From Flectonema sp. DT1601 (lineage: Eukaryota), in assembly GCA_964019425.1 (NCBI GenBank), contig OZ025787.1:806001-870000 (forward strand): a DNA stretch of 64,000 nt. Reading direction: 5' to 3'. Under the pieces are notes generated by a model. The model did not search any database, was not told the origin of the DNA, and saw only the letters and a program-made list of their open reading frames with translations. The position numbers and the translations under genes are program-made. Of the stretch, positions 58,840 through 64,000 are shown one piece after another (positions within the stretch are counted from its first letter, which is position 1; every line of letters begins with the position of its first letter).

Positions 58840-59585
58840 GTTATTGGATACCCAGTTTAGTTTTTTTTTTCTTCCTAATTTAAAATTATATTAAATCAAG
58901 TGAATAAAATACAACTGAAATACATCACGCCAGAGTTTATATCTCATCTCACCTGATATGAAGGAATAATAGTGTAGACACCAACAACACAAACCCCTCG
59001 TTAGTATAATTCTAATTTCAGTTTTACGCATAAAAAAAACAGAGTACACAAAATACAAAAAAAACATATAAAAAAGCAATGCAATCAATTTTCTTTTTTG
59101 GAAAGGTATTTCTCACCCCAGCGTTCCAAGGTGGAACTGCTTTCCCGATGTCGGCACTTTTTTTTAAAATTGTTCCTTCGAACAGCTTCCCAAATATTCC
59201 CAAAATATTCACGAAGCTTAATAGCGTTTTTAGAAACAATTAAAGTTTGCTGCAGGTGCGTGAAAAAAAAAGTAGTCCTTTTTTTCCCCCCTTCAATTAA
59301 CCTTTTAAAATACCATTTCACTTTACTTTATTTCTAAAAATACAAAAAAAAAAAAAAAAAAAAAAAATCAAAAACAGGGGAAAAAAGAAACAGCTCGAAT
59401 CGACAGACAACATTAACTAATTGAAAAAAAGCACCGTCAAAACCGACTACTAGGGAGTAGTACCACCAAACAGAATAGAACAAAAGAAATAAGAAATTAC
59501 CAATCACAAATCCTCTTGGGTACAATCAAGAAATAAATACACGCTAAATACAATAACAAAGGTTTAGCATCGACTACACACATCA

Positions 59586-61976
59586 TTATAAACCTTCTGA
59601 AAGCGTCTTATGTCGAGCCCACTTAATATCAGCAGCAGTAGGACTGTAGAGTGTGGCTTCCTTTCGGGAGCGTTGACGAGGAGCCTCATTTAATTGACTA
59701 ACGCACGATGAAAGAGCCTGTCGCATAGCTGTTTCATAAGGCTGTTGAGGAATTAGCGAAGGTGATGCAGAGCGACTGCGGGAACGGGCACGTCGCGGAA
59801 GAGTCGAGTACGGTGCAACATTCGGGGAAGCAATACCAACAGACAAATCATTCCCAACACTCATTGGGTTATATTGAGGTGGTGCAATAGGTAACGGTGA
59901 CTTCTCAGGAGAACTTGATTTTTGATGAAATTCTCTAACAGGACTCTGAGAAGTTTTATGGACCTGGTCGAGTGCTGACTCAACTTCCTTTATACGTCCT
60001 TCAGCATCATTAAGTTGTGATTTTAAACCAATAGCAAGACTCAAGTATTCATTAGTTCCACTTGGATTTGTTTCTCGAGATCCGTAAGGAGGCGGTGCAG
60101 GTGCTTCGGTCCTTGCGACTGACCTGCTTGGTGATCTTTCAATCGAACGTGAGCGCTGTTTTCGTACTTCACACGTTCCGCAATGAAGTGATTCTATAGC
60201 AACAGCCCCAGCACGAACGAATACACCTCGTCCATCTTCTGTTTGGAAATATTGTTTACCATTAACCGTTCCATTATTTGACCCAGTTGAACGATCGTCC
60301 AGTTCGACTCCGATCCACTCACCACTTTTACCTTGTAGTCTCCCAATAAAACGAACTACCCCTTTGCATGGTTCTGGTGTTGATCTTCGATGAACTAAAA
60401 CACGAGCTCCATCTTTCAAATCATTTTCATGATTATGACCGTGAGGTTGACTGTTATTCTGATTATTATTTCCGCTAACAGAGGCTTCCCTTCTGGTAGT
60501 GAAGCGAGGCCTGTCTTCTGGGAGTTCTTCAACACCTCCTAAGAGCTCTTTTAGTTTCTTTTCCAATTTGTGTATAGTGGCTTTACTATTTGTCGTGTGA
60601 TCTCTGAATCTGTTTTCCAATGACTCATATTTCTGTTGTACGTCAAATAATTGTAATTTAGTTTCCTCGTGTTCCTGTTTGGACTTGTGCAGGGAGCGAG
60701 TTGCCTGGTTGAGTTGCTTATTATTTTGATTTTGTCTTTCAGATGTTTGGATATCATGAGAACGGATTTGAATCAGACTTTTGAGAGCTTCAGCATCAGC
60801 AGCTAGTTTACCTTCTCCTCTACTTGCGAGGTCGAGTTTCTTTGTAAGCTCAGCTACTTCTCTAGTTAGCCTCCAATTAGCATCTGTTAACCCTTCATGA
60901 TGTGATTCAAGTCTTCTTGCTGCTTCTGTAAGACTTGTTTCTGTTTCACCATTTGGAGCAACTGTTACTCCGAGAGCTTCACATGCTAATAACCTTTCTC
61001 TCTTTAGATAATCACACTCCTTTCTGAGTTGATTGCATTGGTTCTCGAGGTTCTTCATCTCAAATCGAAGCTCTTCAATTTGCCGATCTTTATCTGCATT
61101 CTCATTTTTTACATTTTTTAAAGTTTTCTCTAATTGTGTTTCCCGAACTCGTAAGACAGTGTATTTACGCTCCCACTCAGCGGCAGCAATTTGCAAAGCT
61201 TCAACATTTGCTTCCATCTGCGCACGTTGGTCTTCTATTGAAGCGTTGGCAACAGAGTCGCGAGGATCGTCTTCTGGTTCAGTTCCTCTTTCTTTAAACT
61301 GAACTAGACGCGGAGACTCTGATTTAGCAGGTGCTTGAGGAGATACAGACGAAGTAACACTGCTAGTTGCTGTTGTTGGAAACAGTTCTTGTTGTTTAAG
61401 TTCTTCTAATCTGTCTTGTTCTCTCTCTTCTTTATCTGCTTCTCTTTTGTTGTGAGTTTCAATTACTCGTTGTCTCGATAAAATAGGAATTAATGGGACG
61501 GTAGTATTCAACCAGTCAGAAGGTTTTTTAATGCGAAGCTGCTTACGAAGATTACTAGCATTGGTGATGGCTGTCAGGGTTTTACCGTCGTCACGGAGAT
61601 ATTTATAAATTTCTTCCAGGACGTGGATGGCTTTTGTAACGTGGGTGGGGTCCGAGAATTTCAACAACATGTCGAACTGTGTCGGGCAAACAATACCTAA
61701 GTTGCATCCATTAGCGACTAGCTGCCCAATCTCTAGTACTGGAACAAGTCTTCTTATGGCTGTTGTTTTATCTACGCTCCATAAATAGAGTGCGTTTGAT
61801 GCTATGGTCAGTACTCGAGATTGTGCTGTGGTACCTAACTTTGATACTTTCGCACAAAAAACAAACGACTGCGGTTGTTTGTAATACTTTGAAAACGCCA
61901 AAGACATGTCTTGAGGCAGCAACTGAAAGTTATCGTACGGCAGTCCACAGGGGTGATGTGTTTGCTCCCCGTCCAT
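59586..61976 (-). CDS. CAP-Gly domain protein with N-terminal PH/TH1-like domain and central coiled coil
   Basis: GVVRFIG......GEWIGVELD....GSNNGTVNGKQYF......GVFVR is a CAP-Gly domain. The N-terminal F.AKV.K......RVL.I....LYL...RR.VP...I...D.L.F pattern resembles myosin-TH1/PH folds. Confidence 0.85.
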   Translation of the reverse strand: MDGEQTHHPCGLPYDNFQLLPQDMSLAFSKYYKQPQSFVFCAKVSKLGTTAQSRVLTIASNALYLWSVDKTTAIRRLVPVLEIGQLVANGCNLGIVCPTQFDMLLKFSDPTHVTKAIHVLEEIYKYLRDDGKTLTAITNASNLRKQLRIKKPSDWLNTTVPLIPILSRQRVIETHNKREADKEEREQDRLEELKQQELFPTTATSSVTSSVSPQAPAKSESPRLVQFKERGTEPEDDPRDSVANASIEDQRAQMEANVEALQIAAAEWERKYTVLRVRETQLEKTLKNVKNENADKDRQIEELRFEMKNLENQCNQLRKECDYLKRERLLACEALGVTVAPNGETETSLTEAARRLESHHEGLTDANWRLTREVAELTKKLDLASRGEGKLAADAEALKSLIQIRSHDIQTSERQNQNNKQLNQATRSLHKSKQEHEETKLQLFDVQQKYESLENRFRDHTTNSKATIHKLEKKLKELLGGVEELPEDRPRFTTRREASVSGNNNQNNSQPHGHNHENDLKDGARVLVHRRSTPEPCKGVVRFIGRLQGKSGEWIGVELDDRSTGSNNGTVNGKQYFQTEDGRGVFVRAGAVAIESLHCGTCEVRKQRSRSIERSPSRSVARTEAPAPPPYGSRETNPSGTNEYLSLAIGLKSQLNDAEGRIKEVESALDQVHKTSQSPVREFHQKSSSPEKSPLPIAPPQYNPMSVGNDLSVGIASPNVAPYSTLPRRARSRSRSASPSLIPQQPYETAMRQALSSCVSQLNEAPRQRSRKEATLYSPTAADIKWARHKTLSEGL

Positions 61977-62407
61977 AATGTCTGGTGTTCCTCAACAAGT
62001 AGCAGAGGGGGAACCTGTTGTGTTGAATAATAATTTATTAAACCATTCTTCACACCAAATACGTCATTTCATTAACGAACTATCTCTACTCGGGTAAATG
62101 AACGAAAGCAAAGCAATAAAAGAGAATTCAAGAATTCTGGAGCAATGAGTTACAAGGCAGAGTACTCAATAAATAAACAAAACAGAAATACTACTTGGTG
62201 TAAATAACATGAGGCAATAACTGGCATAACAGAAATTATCAACCGACAAGCTGCAAAAACTGATTAAAAGAAAACACGGATACTCAAATACGCTACTAAT
62301 CGGAGACTACACGCAGTGGTGAGATGTACCGAAGCAGACATCTGCAACGATTAGTGCAAAAGAAATGAAGAGAAAATCTAAGAAACGAGCAAAAGAGAGG
62401 CAGCGAC

Positions 62408-62779
62408 TCAATACGACGTACTGCCAAACGCAATTGGAGGAAAGTGATTGCGAATCTTCTCCCGGTCACCAGTTGTGATACTGACTGAGTTCAATGTACG
62501 TAATTTCGGTAAAAAAGTCAGAACTTTCTGTTTGTAACCAGGAGTATCCTCTACAGGATTACCTCCAGTCATCAAACATATTAGTTGAGGGAAACCAGAC
62601 AGAGATTCTATCTGTTTGTTTGTTTGTTTGTTTGTTTTATTAACGTCTGTGACTATAATTAGATCATTAGTAGAAGTAATAATAACTACAACACAACATA
62701 CCTCAGTTATCTCTTTTATATTATTACCCTGCAGATTTAGAAATCTAAGAGATCGCATATCGAAGAGAGTTTCTGGTAT
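62408..62779 (-). CDS. Leucine-rich-repeat protein (LRRC51/SDS22-like), last two exons only (62779-62702, 62611-62408)
   Basis: IPETLFDMRSLRFLNLQGNNIKEITE|IESLSGFPQLICLMTGGNPVEDTPGYKQKVLTFLPKLRTLN (LRRs plus LRR cap). A 90-nt in-frame intron lies at 62612-62701 (GTATGT...AAACAAACAG). An upstream acceptor AAAACAG ends at 62780 and the N-terminus is missing, so further exons should lie beyond the window. Confidence 0.8.
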   Translation of the reverse strand: MPETLFDMRSLRFLNLQGNNIKEITEVCCVVVIITSTNDLIIVTDVNKTNKQTNKQIESLSGFPQLICLMTGGNPVEDTPGYKQKVLTFLPKLRTLNSVSITTGDREKIRNHFPPIAFGSTSY

Positions 62780-62834
62780 CTGTTTTATGTTTTTTACTTC
62801 AGTGCCTTTTTACAATAAACCAATAAAGGGTCTG

Positions 62835-64000
62835 GGCTCCACCTTAACACTAAGTGAAGCTTATTGAAAGATGCTTCGTAGCTGACTCGGGCGCCGTTAT
62901 GATACTCTGAGGACTCTTTCTCTCACATGATATGCGAAGGATTCGACAATCCTAAACAAACTATTCACACGTTTGTCTCTTGGCTCCACCTTAACACTAA
63001 GTGAAGCTTATTGAAAGATGCTTCGTAGCTGACTCGGGCGCCGTTAGGATACCTCACTTGACACGCGAAGGATTTGACAATCCTAAACAAACTATTCACA
63101 CGTTTGTCTCTTGGCTCCACCTTAACACTAAGTGAAGCTTATTGAGAGATGCTTCGTAGCTGACTCGGGCGCCGTTATGATACTCTGAGGACTCTTTCTC
63201 TCACATGATATGCGAAGGATTCGACAATCCTAAACAAACTATTCACACGTTTGTCTCTTGGCTCCACCTTAACACTAAGTGAAGCTTATTGAAAGATGCT
63301 TCGTAGCTGACTCGGGCGCCGTTATGATACTCTGAGGACTCTTTCTCTCACATGATATGCGAAGGATTCGACAATCCTAAACAAACTATTCACACGTTTG
63401 TCTCTTGGCTCCACCTTAACACTAAGTGAAGCTTATTGAAAGATGCTTCGTAGCTGACTCGGGCGCCGTTATGATACTCTGAGGACTCTTTCTCTCACAT
63501 GATATGCGAAGGATTCGACAATCCTAAACAAACTATTCACACGTTTGTCTCTTGGCTCCACCTTAACACTAAGTGAAGCTTATTGAGAGATGCTTCGTAG
63601 CTGACTCGGGCGCCGTTAGGATACCTCACTTGACACGCGAAGGATTTGACAATCCTAAACAAACTATTCGCACGTTTGTCTCTTGGCTCCACCTTAACAC
63701 TAAGTGAAGCTTATTGAAAGATGCTTCGTAGCTGACTCGGGCGCCGTTATGATACTCTGAGGACTCTCTCTCTCACATGATATGCGAAGGATTCGACAAT
63801 CCTAAACAAACTATTCACACGTTTGTCTCTTGGCTCCACCTTAACACTAAGTGAAGCTTATTGAAAGATGCTTCGTAGCTGACTCGGGCGCCGTTATGAT
63901 ACTCTGAGGACTCTTTCTCTCACATGATATGCGAAGGATTCGACAATCCTAAACAAACTATTCACACGTTTGTCTCTTGGCTCCACCTTAACACTAAGTG
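62835..64000. repeat. Tandem satellite array of 147-bp (L) and 131-bp (S) units, probably intronic; continues off the window
   Basis: Unit starts (ggctccacc) at 62835, 62982, 63113, 63260, 63407, 63554, 63685, 63832 and 63979, giving the order L-S-L-L-L-S-L-L-partial. Units are near-identical. Confidence 0.97.

Noticed and set aside
49963..62779. Functional cytoskeletal gene cluster (coiled coils, CAP-Gly, LRRC51-like)
   Set aside because: Such genes are abundant in flagellates, and neighbours in directional clusters are usually unrelated. Adjacency alone is not evidence.
62835..64000. CRISPR array (units contain ATTGAAAG, a common CRISPR repeat end)
   Set aside because: Whole units are near-identical with only two variants and no unique spacers. 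The period is 131-147 bp, there are no cas genes, and the context is a eukaryotic intron.
62835..64000. SL-RNA, 5S rRNA, hammerhead or coding repeat as identity of the array
   Set aside because: I see no euglenozoan SL exon (AAC.AACG...TTTCTGTACTTTATTG) or 5S motif. CTGAGGA is not followed by a stem II and GAAA. The 131-bp unit breaks frame and the ORF track shows no long ORF.

Overview
This is AT-rich eukaryotic genomic DNA, not prokaryotic. All 18 protein genes I can support lie on the minus strand. Several are split by short GT-AG introns (mostly GTATGT donors and A-rich ...AAACAG acceptors) that I reconstructed by hand, and many have a pyrimidine tract plus AG just upstream of the ATG. 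That combination, together with the gene families present (WCC Cys-repeat and LVIVD/mucin/multi-TM surface proteins, CCCH proteins, a TH1/PH-like CAP-Gly protein), suggests a euglenozoan, most likely a diplonemid-like protist; this is inference. Genes include an adenosine kinase with an N-terminal RIIa/Dpy-30-like docking domain, a claudin/amastin-like 4-TM protein, a secreted S9 peptidase, a J-domain protein, a YEATS + 2OG-Fe(II) oxygenase fusion, a CWC27-like protein with no visible cyclophilin domain, a BTB-ankyrin protein, two CCCH zinc-finger proteins, an RPP30-like protein, large coiled-coil proteins and the 3' part of an LRRC51-like gene. An upstream intron of the LRRC51-like gene appears to hold a 147/131-bp tandem array that runs off the window. 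The most notable items are the YEATS-oxygenase fusion, the structured intronic array, the contrast between cis and putative trans acceptor sites, RPP30, and the RIIa-adenosine kinase. All family assignments come from motif recognition by eye; no searches were run.
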